From positions 6,229,784 through 6,293,783 of the forward strand of contig JAUPSS010000004.1 in the NCBI GenBank assembly GCA_040285825.1: a stretch of 64,000 bases of DNA, given 5' to 3'. Below, piece by piece: positions 10,779 to 22,970 of the stretch (within the stretch, counting starts at the first letter, position 1; every line of letters begins with the position of its first letter). The position numbers and the translations under genes are program-made. Under the pieces are notes generated by a model, which had not been told where the DNA came from, ran no database searches, and saw only the letters and a program-made list of their open reading frames with translations. The DNA comes from Eukaryota sp. TZLM1-RC. Its lineage: Eukaryota; Protista; Metamonada: BaSk clade.

Positions 10779-12786
10779 CTATCTACTACACGGATACTGA
10801 GGCCTTTCATTACCACTCATCCTCGCTTCAGCAATCGCAAACATATTCAGACAAGCCAGCTTATTTCTATTGAAAAACTTTGTTGAGCCTTTGTTACTGA
10901 GTTTGCAACTCTCACTATTACAAGCTAATAAACCATGACATGTAGTAACAGGAGTGTTTTCTCTTCTATAACATCAGGGGTTTGTTACTCTCAAAAAAGT
11001 AGCAACCTTTTCAAAACAAACATTTTGCTGAAGTGAAAGCTTCATTAATCATCAACACTTCAAATCCATTTCTTTGCAGCAATTGAATCCATCCACTGCC
11101 TCGAGTAGGTCTCTGATGTTTCAAATTCTTGGAACCTTTTTTACCATAATCACCCATTAGTATTAAAGTGTCTTTTGAATTGCCAAACTGCTGCACAAGA
11201 TTTTTTAATAACCAACTTTCAGTCTTTTGCTTGTAAATAAAAGCTTGCATTTTATGGATGCTCCACAAGTCAAGACTGTAAAAGTCAATTGTCAACAACA
11301 ACTTGCCGAAGTTTGGCAATCACAATGTTGGAAAAATCTATAAAAGTTGCTGAATTGGCAGCAAACACAGATAATTCGGTGTTTGTATCTTCAATTGTCA
11401 TTTCGTTAGACTCCATCATTTGGTTCCTGTCGTAATCTACATCAGTATACTTTATCGTCCATCGTTTTTGCTTTTCATTCATCCTACTTTTCAAAGACCA
11501 GGACATCTGAGTCATTCTCAACCATTTGTACTTCTTGTCTTGATTCATCACCCGACTATTTTTTTGCTGTTCAGTATCATGTTCAGGTACCATGGCTAAT
11601 TCTTGATCAGTCTTTTTACTCCCAAAATACAATAAATCACGTTTTCCAGGATCACAAACAACAATTCGTTTGTCTTGAAAAGCATCAACATCAACATCAT
11701 CAATCTATAAATCCGAAATACTAGCCTTGTTGTCTGGCTTACATTTCTGACCTTGTAAATCCTGACGAACAAAATCTACTGCAATATTAAATCCATCTGT
11801 GTGGATAATGTTGTTGAATTTGTAAATTCTTTATTTGAACATTGGTTGGTTTAAATCTAAAATATTAGACCAAATGTCAAATTGCTGATGTAGTTTGAAT
11901 TTCGTAATGTGGGCTAATGTATTGGACATTTTCAGCGTCTGTGTAGATGATAAATCATCCATCATTGTTTGTTTAACAATTCTCCATAGTGTTCTTTTAT
12001 CAATAGGAAAAAATCCACGACCTACAGTGGTTGAAACAGGAGAAATATGATAAGGTTTTCTCTCTCTACTGTAGATATATTGGGCAATTGTAATTGCTGG
12101 TTTTAGGAATAATTGAAGATCTGTTTCCACAGCGTCTACAAGAAAATGTATATCCACTGGAAATATGTTATCAACTAAATTCTCGTCAGTGACCAAATTC
12201 TCAATTTGACAAGTAAATGGCTCAATAAGACCTTCATATATGTCTCTAAGTTCATTATTTCTTATATCATGCTGTTCACATAAATCGAAAAATTCATCAT
12301 TCAGAAGGGCTGAAATATTTTCAGGATGATAAAAAAATAAAAAAATAAACATTAATAAAACGATTGATATGTTTTTCATAATTAAATTTCAAATTATTCT
12401 CCAAATTGGCAAACGTTACTGGGGCCATATACTGCGGTGGTCTACTCAAGCCATCAGTTGGAAATCGTGGAAAATACTCAGGCCTATATTTCAAATGGTC
12501 TACATAATTTTTAGTTTTGTTCAACTTTTGTTGTTAAAAGATAGTCGATAATCTATTATATCCTTCACCATAAACAAAGTCTTCAAAATCATGTGGAAAT
12601 ACACTTTTTGGTTTCACCATTTCTTGCCCATAATATTCAGCTGAAATATAACGAATTCTGGCCATTAATGATTCATATAATTGAACAGATATTCGTGGTG
12701 GTAAAAAAAACGTTCAAAACAAGACTGTGAATACAACTTTAAGCAACATTTGGTGTGAATACGTAACTGTTGAAATTTTAAAGCAG
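10779..12786 (-). mobile_element. Fanzor (TnpB-like RNA-guided nuclease) pseudogene, family B; 3' part of an exonuclease-Fanzor fusion
   Basis: HTDGF; RuvC-I VCDPGKRDLLY (~11650); LILMGDYG..HQRPTRG; RuvC-II INEAFTSAKC (~11040); HGLLAC...C; RuvC-III region NRNKLACLNM; RPQY. Several frameshifts. Confidence 0.85.
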
Positions 12787-12882
12787 TGTTGGCGCCCTAA
12801 GGCTTATATGTTATGATCAGAAAATAAATCAACTTTATTTCATTAGCTTTATCTTAGCCCACTTTTCCAACCTACGGCATCA
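12787..12882 (+). repeat. 5' LTR
   Basis: tgttggcgccc...cggcatca; 7 mismatches against 14425-14520 by manual count. Confidence 0.85.
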
Positions 12883-14424
12883 ATAATTATTGGCCACATT
12901 AGGTTTAGGTATACCACTTTTAACAACACACAGCTTTCGTACAGAGGATATCTTTAGCAGATATCATGTCAGTTCCTCCCAGCCAGAGCACTGACTTCTT
13001 TAAAAATATCATGCAGAAACACGACAGGGATGCTTATAACACATTTACATCAACCAGAGAAGTCGCAGCGAGTGATGAGGATTCGGGCTCGAGACCACCC
13101 TCCGCCCCCCTCAAGGAAAACCTATGGATTCAGGCACGGAATCACCTTCCGCCTTCTCCAAACTCAAAACAATGGAACCAGGCACCGAACCACCTCCCGC
13201 CTCTTCCAAGTTCAACAAGCCAGAAAAGGTTTCAGGAACGGGACCACCCCCTCCTCACCTAAAGCCACAAATGTTGGGTCAAGTTCAGAAACTCCGTCTG
13301 TTCTGAAGGATTACGAAGAACTTCAATCCATTTTAGATAAAATAGACGACGAAGGGAAAGAACTTCGCCAACAAATTATGAAGGACGCGGAGGCTCACCT
13401 CGAACCTACAGATTGCTGTTTGTTTGAGCAGCTCCCTCCTTTATGGAAGGAAATTCCGAAGATAGGAAGAAACGTTGGATTTCAAACTTTGGGCTATAAG
13501 GGAGACCCTAGCAGAGTTTAAGAGGACGGACCCGGTTCCCTCTCCCCCCACAAAGGAAGTAGAACCTAAAAGAGTCAGAGGAGGCCACGAGAACGGACCA
13601 GTTCCCTCTTCTCTCCCTAATCTAGCATATAGTAAAGAAACGGATGAAAATCCCACTTTACATAATCAACCCCTTCAGGAGAGTACATATTACGGATGGG
13701 GAAAATAACTCCAGTGATGGATTCTACAAACTCCTAACAAGCATGCGGAGCCTTATCTCGAAGCAATGGACTCTTATCCATTCGAGCAGCTCCCTTCCTT
13801 ATGGAGCCAAATACGAAAAAAGTCGACCAAATATGAGGTTATGAGTAGAAAATCCACCTCCACTGTTTTTGTACTACAATGCAAAGATACGGTCCTTGCT
13901 TCTCTGATATTTTTAGTCGTAAAACCTGTACTTTAACAACAAAAGACGCCGCCTTCGGGTTTCTGAGGTTTGTTACTTTGCTTACTGTTGTTTTTGATCC
14001 AACATAGACCCTGCATGCTCTTTAACGAATCCATTTTTCGATTCCATGATACCTTTTCTAAACGACACTACCACTTTTCTCGTTTACGAAAAAGGGAAGA
14101 AGCAGAGTGTGTTTATGTATCGATTAAAACCTCACACAACAAAGTACTCAAGCACACAGATTTTGGAACGAGGCCATTTTCAGTTATTGCTTACTACCTT
14201 ATACTAACATTATTGTAGGAGAGTCATTGTACATCCATTGTCGATCTTAAAAAAGTGAAACCAGTGTTTGTGTGAATCCCAATCACTACAAAGATAATTG
14301 TAGACAATAGAAAACATCAGAAATTAGTATTTAGTTCTTAGTATTTATAGTTATTTAGTTAATTGTTCATAGTTTTGTTTCATATTCATATTAGCTGATT
14401 TATTTTGAAAAAGGGAAGAAGCAG

Positions 14425-14520
14425 TGTTGGCGCCCTAAGATTTATATGTTATGATCAGAAAATAAATCAACTTCTCCTCATTAGCTTTATCTTAACCCAC
14501 TTTTCCAACCTACGGCATCA
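14425..14520 (+). repeat. 3' LTR
   Basis: Direct repeat of 12787-12882, preceded by gaaaaagggaagaagcag (PPT-like). Confidence 0.85.
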
Positions 14521-15660
14521 GCAGTTTCTCTCAATTTGAGTATCACATTTGAATGTTGAACCATTGAGTTGACGGTTGTTCGAATGGTTTTATAAGATGA
14601 TAAAATGAATTTGTCTTTCTGAAACAGCACGAAAAGTTTCAGACAAAGGACACAATTATGAATCCCATATTGAATCGAATTTTGTAAATATGGGAAAATT
14701 CCTGATGAAGTTTGATTTTCTTTTCATTTATCATTTTACATGCCAGATTGTTTAATCCATGTCCGTAGGGTATTTTAATAAATTTTTTGGCAAAAACCAA
14801 AGTATCTAAAAGAAAACAGCAATTTTCCCTGATGACAACTTCTCTCCATCTTGGTGAAAGTTGATTGAGTACATCAATTGCTGACCATCTCGAACAGTAG
14901 GAAATGGCAAATCAAAAAAATTTAATCTTTTTTTTAAACCTGTAAATCAAACTGAATTAGGTTGTGACTAAGAAAACACTGGAATTGATGAGTACCAACA
15001 ATGTTTGAAAACCTACGAAGCAAAATTTTTTCGTCAGAGAATATTTCTGCCTGAACATCCAGATCAATGTCTGGTAATTTGATTTGAGGACTCATTCTCA
15101 ATATAAGTGAATATTTACTCTCCAAACAGAAATTATGGCGATCAAACTTACCAATAACAATCGAAATTAAAAACACTTTTTGATCTGAAATCCACTCACC
15201 CATTTGGTCATCAGTTTTCTTTTTCAAAAGATTTGCGCCCTCTTTTCTCCTTTTGTTGATAATCTCGTCAGGAGGGAGAAATTGGCCATCATGATTTTGG
15301 TACAGATATCCATCCTGATAGGTTTCAAGATCAAAGCACACAACAGTGGAAAGATTTTGATTTGGGGTCATTGATTAGAATTAAATCAATGGATCAGGCT
15401 TAAAGCCACTAAGACTTGGCTCAATTTTTTTGAACATACTCGGTTTCAATGGTTTTTTTGTCAAAATCTTTCTGTTCTTGATATTCAACATTGTATTCTC
15501 AATACAAATTTCTCGGTTAAGTGCTTTTTGTTTTTTTTCGCTCACGCTTTGATGTTTGTTGGTCAAAAATCGCATTTCTAATAATTTTTGATGGAGGAGT
15601 TGATTTAAAATTAGATTTTCTCTTTCTGGAACCAGGATTTGCTTCAACATCTCCATCTAT
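14521..15660 (-). pseudogene. PolB-type DEDDy 3'-5' exonuclease domain plus Lys-rich linker, running in frame into the Fanzor B N-terminus
   Basis: ExoI VVCFDLET, FSDEKILLRRF, ExoII HNLIQFD, LDTLVFAKKF, ExoIII-like QYGIHNCVLCLKLF, then YKTIRTTVNSMV. Confidence 0.75.
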
Positions 15661-15759
15661 TGTTAAACAACAGTAAATGGGTTTGTTGATAGAAGATGTT
15701 GGCAGCTACTGGATTGAAAAGATAAATAATAAACATAATAATGAAAATCAACATTATCA

Positions 15760-15990
15760 AAATAACAATTTAAGACACAACATCCCGTATCTAAAGTGCA
15801 AGAATCTAAACCACAAAATTGAACAAACTCATAAACATCAAAACAACAATGTAAAACAAAACATATACAGAAGAAGCATCCCACATCTACAATACAAGTA
15901 CGTAAACCACAAAAAACAACAAACTGAAAAACATCACGACAACAATTCAAAACAAAACACAAACAAGAATAACATCCCACATTCATTCCT
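15760..15990. repeat. Degenerate ~100-bp tandem repeat, A/C-rich on the + strand
   Basis: catccc...taaaccacaaaa..aacaaact..aaacatca..acaacaat..aaaacaaaaca recurs about 2.3 times. Confidence 0.55.
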
Positions 15991-16369
15991 GCTTTTGTAG
16001 ATGCTGAAGAAAACCCCCTGATTGATTCTCTTTCTGCACTATTACAGTGCATCATTGTGACACTCTTCACTTTGTTCTTCTTCCAAGAAGTAAGTGTAAA
16101 GTTTACTGGGATTGAGGAGATGGGTTGGTGTTTGAAGTTGTGTGGCGAAAGAGGATTTGATAATCTGGAAGAGACCACTTTTTGAGAGCAGATTTGAAAA
16201 TGCACTATGAAGGTGATAGTTTTATCCATTCAATGTAAGATCAGCTCTCTCACCAAAGCAGCTGAACGCTAATGTAGATATCATGTTGTACAGCTGATTT
16301 ACTTGTACATGTTTAGTACTCAAAAAATTAATTATCCAACACCGAAAAAAAGAAGATAAAACAATATGA

Positions 16370-16700
16370 AGAACCTTTGGCTCAGTTAGGTAGAGTGGAA
16401 CATGTGAAATTTCAGTTTGTGCTGTTTGCAATTTCTCTTTTTGGCAATATTGGATTTTCAGGGTTGCACTTTTTTGAAAATTTCCAAAAAGTGTTACTAA
16501 ATAGGTCTAGTAAAACAATGAATTCCACTTTCTGGTTAAATAGAATTGTGTTTTGCATTTTCAAGTCTATTCCAACAATGATTTCCAAGGCGCTTTTAGT
16601 TATTGGTGTAGAATATGAACGTAATGCTGTGAGTAGGTTTAGTAATAGTGACGCTTGTTTGGAGGATATTGAATTCTAGATAGATTTTTCTTATTTCAAT
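16370..16700 (+). mobile_element. 3' RLE tail of a CRE-like retrotransposon
   Basis: FAISLFGNIG...FWLNRIVF..FK...DACLEDIEF*, homologous to the 47154-47456 and 55611-55859 tails. Confidence 0.7.
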
Positions 16701-17707
16701 AAATATTTCAGTTGAAAAAAATTAATAAACATTTTATTTTGTCTACAATTTACGGGACGAATTCTCGAACAAACATCTTCATAAAGATGTTCAAAATTGA
16801 AATGAAGAATTGTCTTTACAGTTACACAGCTCCGCTGAGACCATTTTATCAAACTAGACCGAATCGTTAAATAATTTTCGTAAAAGAAGTGCTTCCGCTA
16901 GCAAGATAAAGTAAATTGTGACAGAACGTTTCACAAAGTGAAAAAGATCAACGAAAGTAGACACCGTCAATAGTTAATAGAAGGAGAGCGACATAGGTTG
17001 ATGGGGAGAGGGAATTGACAGAAAGATCCACGATTGGAGCAACAGAAATTGAAAATATTAGGCCAGGGGGAGTAAGGCCAGGGAGATTCTCAGGGGGATT
17101 ATTATTCAATCTAACAGCCCACCACAATTGAATAATTTAATTAAGATGTGTGGTCATCATGATTAACATTTTTTATTATTTAATGATTTTTTATTACAAT
17201 TTTGAAACACAGATTGATTTTGAAGATTCAGTTTTAATACAGACTCAATAGGAACAATGAGCATAACTTATACATTATCAACAATTTAATGATAATTCAA
17301 GAACATTTTAGAGTATTTCTTGTTCAACTCATAGAAATGGTTGAGTTGAATTGTTGAACTATGAGTTGAAATGAGTAAGATTTATTTGAAAACCTGCTGT
17401 CATGATAGCATGACTTAAAGAGTCAATATCCAATCTTCAACTATGATTGAAATTATTATGGATTTTGTTGTACTAAATTACTTTCAACGCAGAAATCAAA
17501 AGATCATTGTCTGAAGTCACATGATATTCCCAAGTATTGATAATGAATAAGAGCAACAATCAGTCATTCAACAGCCACTTAATTAACTTTCTGACGGTGT
17601 AGAATGAGGAAATTGGGTAAGATGAATAGAATTTGGTTGAAAAGTCGAAAGTTGACAGAATCCTCAACTCATCTCATTACTCATCGTCTCAGCCCTATAT
17701 CGAGTCG

Positions 17708-19771
17708 ATGTCTTCCAGCGTATCTAATGTCGATGGAACGGCACTTATAGAAGACGATCCATACCTTAAACCTTATATTGACGATTTCCGGAGAAGACAT
17801 TCAAAATTTGTTGATACACTTACCCTCTTTGACAACACAGAAGGCGGAATCGAACAGATCTCTCTTGGTTACAATTCCTTCGGTCTACACAAGACAGAAG
17901 ATGCTATAACGTACTTTGAATGGGCACCTGAAGCTCAAGCCGTAAGCCTGATCGGCGATTTCAATGATTGGAACAGAGAAAGCCATCCTTGTAGCCGAGA
18001 TGAGTTTGGCCGATGGTCACTGACTATCCCCGATGTTAATGGTGAACCTGTCATCCCGCACAATACTAAGGTGAGAGCGGCACTGAAGACGAAGAACGGA
18101 GAATGGGTTGACAGAGTGCCCGCTTGGATTACTTACGCTGTACAAGCTCCTGGCATGACCATGTTTAATGGAGTTTTCTGGAACCCCCCTGCTGAAGAAA
18201 GGTACAAGATACGCTTCCCAAAACCCCAGAAACCCCTGAAAGGAGGCCTCCGCATTTATGAAGCTCACGTTGGCATGGCGACGGAAGAGTACAGAGTAGG
18301 TACATACCGTGAGTTTGCTGATAACATACTTCCTCATATTGCTCGCTATGGCTACAATGCTGTCCAGCTGATGGCCGTTGCTGAACATGCTTATTATGCC
18401 TCCTTTGGATATCATGTTACTTCTTTTTTCGCTCCTGCTTCTCGGTCTGGAACCCCCGAAGACTTTAAATACCTAGTGGACAAGGCTCACGAACTGGGAC
18501 TGCTGATTCTCTTAGATATCATTCATTCTCATGCTGCTCCCAATGTCCTAGACGGTCTTAACATGTTTGACGGTACTGATTCTTGCTACTTTCACTCCGG
18601 AGCAAGGGGAAGGCATGAACTTTGGGGCTCCCGGCTATTCGATTATCAACGTCACGAAGTTTTAAGGTTTTTGCTATCAAACGCCAGATATTGGATTGAT
18701 GTCTATAAGGTTGATGGTTTTAGATTTGATGGGGTTACCTCCATGCTGTATCACCACCACGGTATAGGAACTGGCTTCTCTGGTGATTACGCTGATTACT
18801 TTGGGGTTCACGTGGACGAAGATGCAATCACCTATCTTAAATTAGTAAACCATTTACTCCATTCCCTTTACCCTGACGTTATCACAATAGCTGAGGATGT
18901 CTCTGGTATGCCTGGATTATGTAGGTCTGTTGAGGACGGGGGAGTTGGTTTCGACTATCGTTTAGCGATGGCTATTCCGGATATGTGGATTGCCCTGCTT
19001 AAAGAAATGCCAGACGAACATTGGAATATGGGAAAAATTGTATTCACTCTAACAAACAGACGTTATAAGGAACGAACAATTTCCTACGCTGAATCTCATG
19101 ATCAGGCTATTGTTGGTGATAAAACCATTGCATTTTGGTTAATGGATGCTGACATGTACTCCCACATGTCCATTCTTACTGCTTCTACTGACCGAATCAG
19201 CCGAGGTCTTGCTCTCCACAAGATGATTAGGCTTCTATCCCAATCACTAGGTGGTGAAGGATACCTTACTTTTATGGGAAATGAATTTGGTCACCCTGAA
19301 TGGATTGACTTCCCTCGGGAAGGTAATAATGGATCATTCCAATACTGTCGTCGCCAATGGTCACTTGTGAAGGATCCTTTACTACGATATCAGCATTTGG
19401 GTAACTTTGACGCTGATATGAATAGAATTGCGGGGGAACGAGAGTGGATTGAAGGTAACCAATACGTTTTGCTTGCCCACGAGGAAGATAAGGTCATTGT
19501 TTATGAAAAAGTTCATAATAACAAACTCACCATTTTTGCTTACAACTTCCACCCTGTGAGGTCTTTTGAAGGTTACCCTGTCCCCGTCAGAACAGCCGGT
19601 AGGTATCGTTTGGTTTTTCACTCAGATAGGGACGAATATGGTGGTTATTCTCGACTTAAAGAAGGTTTTGTTCATTTCACCGAAAACACTCCTGTTTTTG
19701 GTCATGAAACAATATTTAGGGCCTATTTACCCTGTAGATGTGCATTGGTTTTTGAATTATTAGGTGAATAA
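17708..19771 (+). CDS. GBE1: 1,4-alpha-glucan (glycogen) branching enzyme, GH13
   Basis: IYEAHVG, SFGYHVT, DGFRFDGVTSM, IAEDVSGMP and YAESHDQ motifs; first ATG at 17708. Confidence 0.96.
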   Translation: MSSSVSNVDGTALIEDDPYLKPYIDDFRRRHSKFVDTLTLFDNTEGGIEQISLGYNSFGLHKTEDAITYFEWAPEAQAVSLIGDFNDWNRESHPCSRDEFGRWSLTIPDVNGEPVIPHNTKVRAALKTKNGEWVDRVPAWITYAVQAPGMTMFNGVFWNPPAEERYKIRFPKPQKPLKGGLRIYEAHVGMATEEYRVGTYREFADNILPHIARYGYNAVQLMAVAEHAYYASFGYHVTSFFAPASRSGTPEDFKYLVDKAHELGLLILLDIIHSHAAPNVLDGLNMFDGTDSCYFHSGARGRHELWGSRLFDYQRHEVLRFLLSNARYWIDVYKVDGFRFDGVTSMLYHHHGIGTGFSGDYADYFGVHVDEDAITYLKLVNHLLHSLYPDVITIAEDVSGMPGLCRSVEDGGVGFDYRLAMAIPDMWIALLKEMPDEHWNMGKIVFTLTNRRYKERTISYAESHDQAIVGDKTIAFWLMDADMYSHMSILTASTDRISRGLALHKMIRLLSQSLGGEGYLTFMGNEFGHPEWIDFPREGNNGSFQYCRRQWSLVKDPLLRYQHLGNFDADMNRIAGEREWIEGNQYVLLAHEEDKVIVYEKVHNNKLTIFAYNFHPVRSFEGYPVPVRTAGRYRLVFHSDRDEYGGYSRLKEGFVHFTENTPVFGHETIFRAYLPCRCALVFELLGE

Positions 19772-19841
19772 TTATAGTTTTTGACAGAATAAAAAGGTTT
19801 TGAAAATTTTTATTATATATTTATTTTACTATATTTTCTAT

Positions 19842-20768
19842 TTACAAAATGCAACATTTCTTTGGTTCAGGTAATTGTACCTCACATCCCATAACTAACT
19901 TTACTTCAAATACAGCATACACGGGCTTGTGATCAGAACAATTAACAAAATGAAGAGAACCATAATCCTGACATTGAATGAATGAATTGCAACCTTTATA
20001 TAAAATTCTATCCGTGAATGCAGGACACCGCTGTTTTTTCGAAGTATCAAATTCATTGCCAAGAAAATTATACTTGTAGGTGGGAGCAAAATTGATAGCA
20101 GCTTCATTAAAGGTATTAATAAAATTAAGAAAAATTTTGCCTTTTAAACAATTGAGTAATAAATTATTATTCATGATTCGGTTTAATTGATCATTTTCCA
20201 GTAAAACTTGAATTTCGTCCTTGCTAATAACTTTATTGGCCAAACTTCTGCAAAGCCCATGAATTCTAAAATTCAAATCCCCAGCAGCAACGACAGTTCT
20301 TTCTCCAGGATGTAGGGGACATGACTTAGAAGAAGGTGCAGAAAGACAATTGAAAAAGGATGAACATCGTTGAGTGAGGACAGCAGGTGACTCACCGTGA
20401 ACCAGATGCAGGCAGGAGAAAAGAAAAGGACAGCCTGAAATGCATAGTGATATTGAGACTGAGCCCTTATTTGGTAACTTTATAGGACCTTCTGCGTGTT
20501 TAGATGTGGATATACATGAGATTTGGGATCGTAAACAGTTTCTGGCTAACAAAGTCAAACCGATAGAGGCCATGAAGACTGAAGAAACAACAAAAAAGTC
20601 AGAAAGAGGTTCCATTAATTGGATAGCAGAGTGATGAGATTTAGCTGATTCTTGGCTAGCTAAGACGACTAGGGAAGAAAGTTCAACACATTGTGGTAAA
20701 CAAAATGAGTCATTGAGAGAATTGTTAGCCATATTGAACGTAAGAACAAAAAACTTGAGTCCTTGCAT
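19842..20768 (-). CDS. Inositol polyphosphate 5-phosphatase with C-terminal CAAX box (INPP5E-like architecture)
   Basis: NKGSV, GDLNFRI, FAPTYK, PAFTDRIL and SDHKPV motifs; ends in CCIL. Confidence 0.85.
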   Translation of the reverse strand: MQGLKFFVLTFNMANNSLNDSFCLPQCVELSSLVVLASQESAKSHHSAIQLMEPLSDFFVVSSVFMASIGLTLLARNCLRSQISCISTSKHAEGPIKLPNKGSVSISLCISGCPFLFSCLHLVHGESPAVLTQRCSSFFNCLSAPSSKSCPLHPGERTVVAAGDLNFRIHGLCRSLANKVISKDEIQVLLENDQLNRIMNNNLLLNCLKGKIFLNFINTFNEAAINFAPTYKYNFLGNEFDTSKKQRCPAFTDRILYKGCNSFIQCQDYGSLHFVNCSDHKPVYAVFEVKLVMGCEVQLPEPKKCCIL

Positions 20769-20835
20769 CAATGGGCATTGTTTGATGAGCGTATGCTTCA
20801 GTTTTAGGGAGGAGATATGGAAAAATCCAAAAATG

Positions 20836-22970
20836 CTACAGATTCACTGTAGCGTATGAAGGTCTATCACCAACACTATCCTCTACAAAATAATCTACAA
20901 TTGCATTGATGTTGATACATGCTAACTTGTTACAATTCCACACCTTATCTTTTCTATCACATTCTTCTCTACAAATTTCAGATCGACATCTTAACAAATA
21001 CTGACATTTCACAGTAGGGCACTTCTCTCTCATCCATGGCCTAGGATTCTCAACATCAAGAAATACATTTATTGGGTTATAACAAGTTTAACACTTTGAA
21101 GATGTGTTTCTCTCATCGACTAAACATACTGTGTAACCATTTCTCTTAAAGAAATTTCTCCATCCAACTCCTCTACTTCATCGATGATGCTTTAAATTCT
21201 TTCTCTTATTGCCATTGTCACCAGACATTAGGATAGTGTCTTCTTGCTTCCATTGCTTTTCAGCCATTTTTTTCAATAACTTAGCCTGTGTTTTCTGATG
21301 ATGGACATATCTTTGCATTTTTTGAATGCTCCATATCATTAAACAGTAGTAATCAAATGTAAATGTCATGTTTGTCAGCTTGGAAGCAACATAAGAATAG
21401 AAAATATTATAAATAAAAGATTTTGATGATTCTTTTGATAATGTAGCTTTTTGTTTCTTCCACTGTGATTCCATTGTGTAAAATGTATTCATTCTTTTTC
21501 AATTTTCTGAATTTTTGGTGAACTCTCGATACCCTTGACCACTCCAATTCTGTCAATCTCAGCCATTCATATTGTTTGTCTCTTTTCAGTTGGTCTTTTG
21601 CATTAAGTTTGAATCTTTTTTGACTACAAAAATAAAGTAAATCACTTTTACCAGGGTCAATATCTTTATGTTTTGATGATAGAAATTCAACATCCAAATC
21701 ATTCAGATAGCTTTCAGTGGTTGCAAACTTTGCACTATCAGGCTTGAATGACATGCCAATACAATCCTCTCTTGCTAGCTCAATACAGGCTGCAAAACCA
21801 TCAGTTTTGATGGTGTTGTTAAATTTGTAGCCTTTTTTAGTAAATGGTTTATTAAATTCAAAAAATATGACCAAAATAAATTTTGTTCTTCTGGACTCAT
21901 TTGATGAATGTCAGCTATTGAATTCCACTCCAAATTTTTTTTCTTGTCATTAATTTCATCATTTGTAAAAAAAGAACGCCAAATACCCCATAGTCCTTGG
22001 CTATCAACTTTAAAAAGTCCAGGTATTTCATTTCGAACAATTGGAATGGCATTAAATGTTTTTCCCTCTGTTTCTTCTATAAAATTCTTAATTTTAATAG
22101 CTGATTTGATAAATGATTGGGGATGCTTTTGTACAATGGAAATTAATGATTTAACTTCAATAGCCGGCTCCTCATTTGTTGAATTTTTTACTACAATAGA
22201 TACAGGAAAAACTGATTTCACCTAATTCTCATCTTTCAATAACTTACAAATTTTGGAATGAGTACTGTCTGAAATAACAAAATTTGCTGATTGATTCAAA
22301 CAATTTTCATTGTCTTTGTTCAAGGTTTCATCATCGGAAAGTTTAATGAAATTATCATTTTGATCATCGGTAGTCGGAAAATTGTTACGATTCGTCTGTA
22401 GAAATAGTTTCTTGACTTGACGTAACCTCCAACGAAAAACAGACTTTTCTCTTTGGGTCATCTCTTCTTCAACTTTTATTTTCTCAATATATAGATTAAT
22501 AAATTTTTCAATATATTGAGCCTACCTCTTTTGTATATTAACTTCTAAATTAGATTTAATGGTTTCTGCGATGGAAGCCCTCAATCTAGTACAATGATTA
22601 ATGGGAAAAAGAGGAATAACACCATTATTTTCCATTAATTGCTTATTATTATTTTCAACGAAATTTTTCAAGTCCTCGTTAATTACAGCAGATCTTCCTT
22701 CATTGAGTTTAATATTGTGTTTAGTGGCAGAAATTCTACTGAGCAACATTTGAATGTGTTCTACATCTTTTCGAGCTATAACAGGAAAATCTTGGCCATT
22801 TTCAGTTAAATGTAGAAGAAATAATTTGAGACAATATGACGTGTTCATTCTCAATCTGTGAACCATTTGAGCATAAAAATTCAACAAAAGTTCCAATTTC
22901 TCTATGCTTGACAATAGATTTCAATGTGGTTTTGTGAGTAACAAAAGTTGGTCGAACCACCTTGTTTGAT
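20836..22970 (-). mobile_element. Fanzor pseudogene, family A (full Fanzor span, frameshifted)
   Basis: N-terminal KTTLKSIVK...YCLKLFLL; IKTDGF; RuvC-I IDPGKSDLLY (~21650); ILMSGD; RuvC-II LVDERNTS (~21110); Cys motifs; WNCNKLACINI; RPSY. Confidence 0.88.

Larger units (their letters stand above)
12787..14520 (+). mobile_element. Non-autonomous LTR retroelement (TRIM/LARD-like), 1734 bp
   Basis: Two 96-bp LTRs (TG...CA); GCAG target-site duplication (12783-12786 and 14521-14524); purine tract before the 3' LTR; no RT or integrase motif seen. Confidence 0.85.

Noticed and set aside
12787-14520. CRISPR-like or guide-array reading of the direct repeats next to Fanzor B
   Set aside because: Only two repeats 1.6 kb apart, with TG..CA ends, a PPT and a TSD; this is an LTR element that disrupts the ORF.
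14521-15371. Endogenous virus or Polinton DNA polymerase B gene
   Set aside because: Only the exonuclease motifs are present and they run straight into Fanzor; no palm motifs (SLYPS, YGDTDS), capsid, packaging ATPase or integrase were seen.
15663-16229. Cys-rich 188-aa ORF and its opposite-strand Asn/His/Gln-rich ORF
   Set aside because: Both are explained by a strand-skewed degenerate tandem repeat; no domain recognised.
18017-18415. Nested or antisense ORFs inside GBE1, the RING ligase, IFT122, pepT and DXO
   Set aside because: Shadow frames of well-supported genes, with no recognisable motifs.
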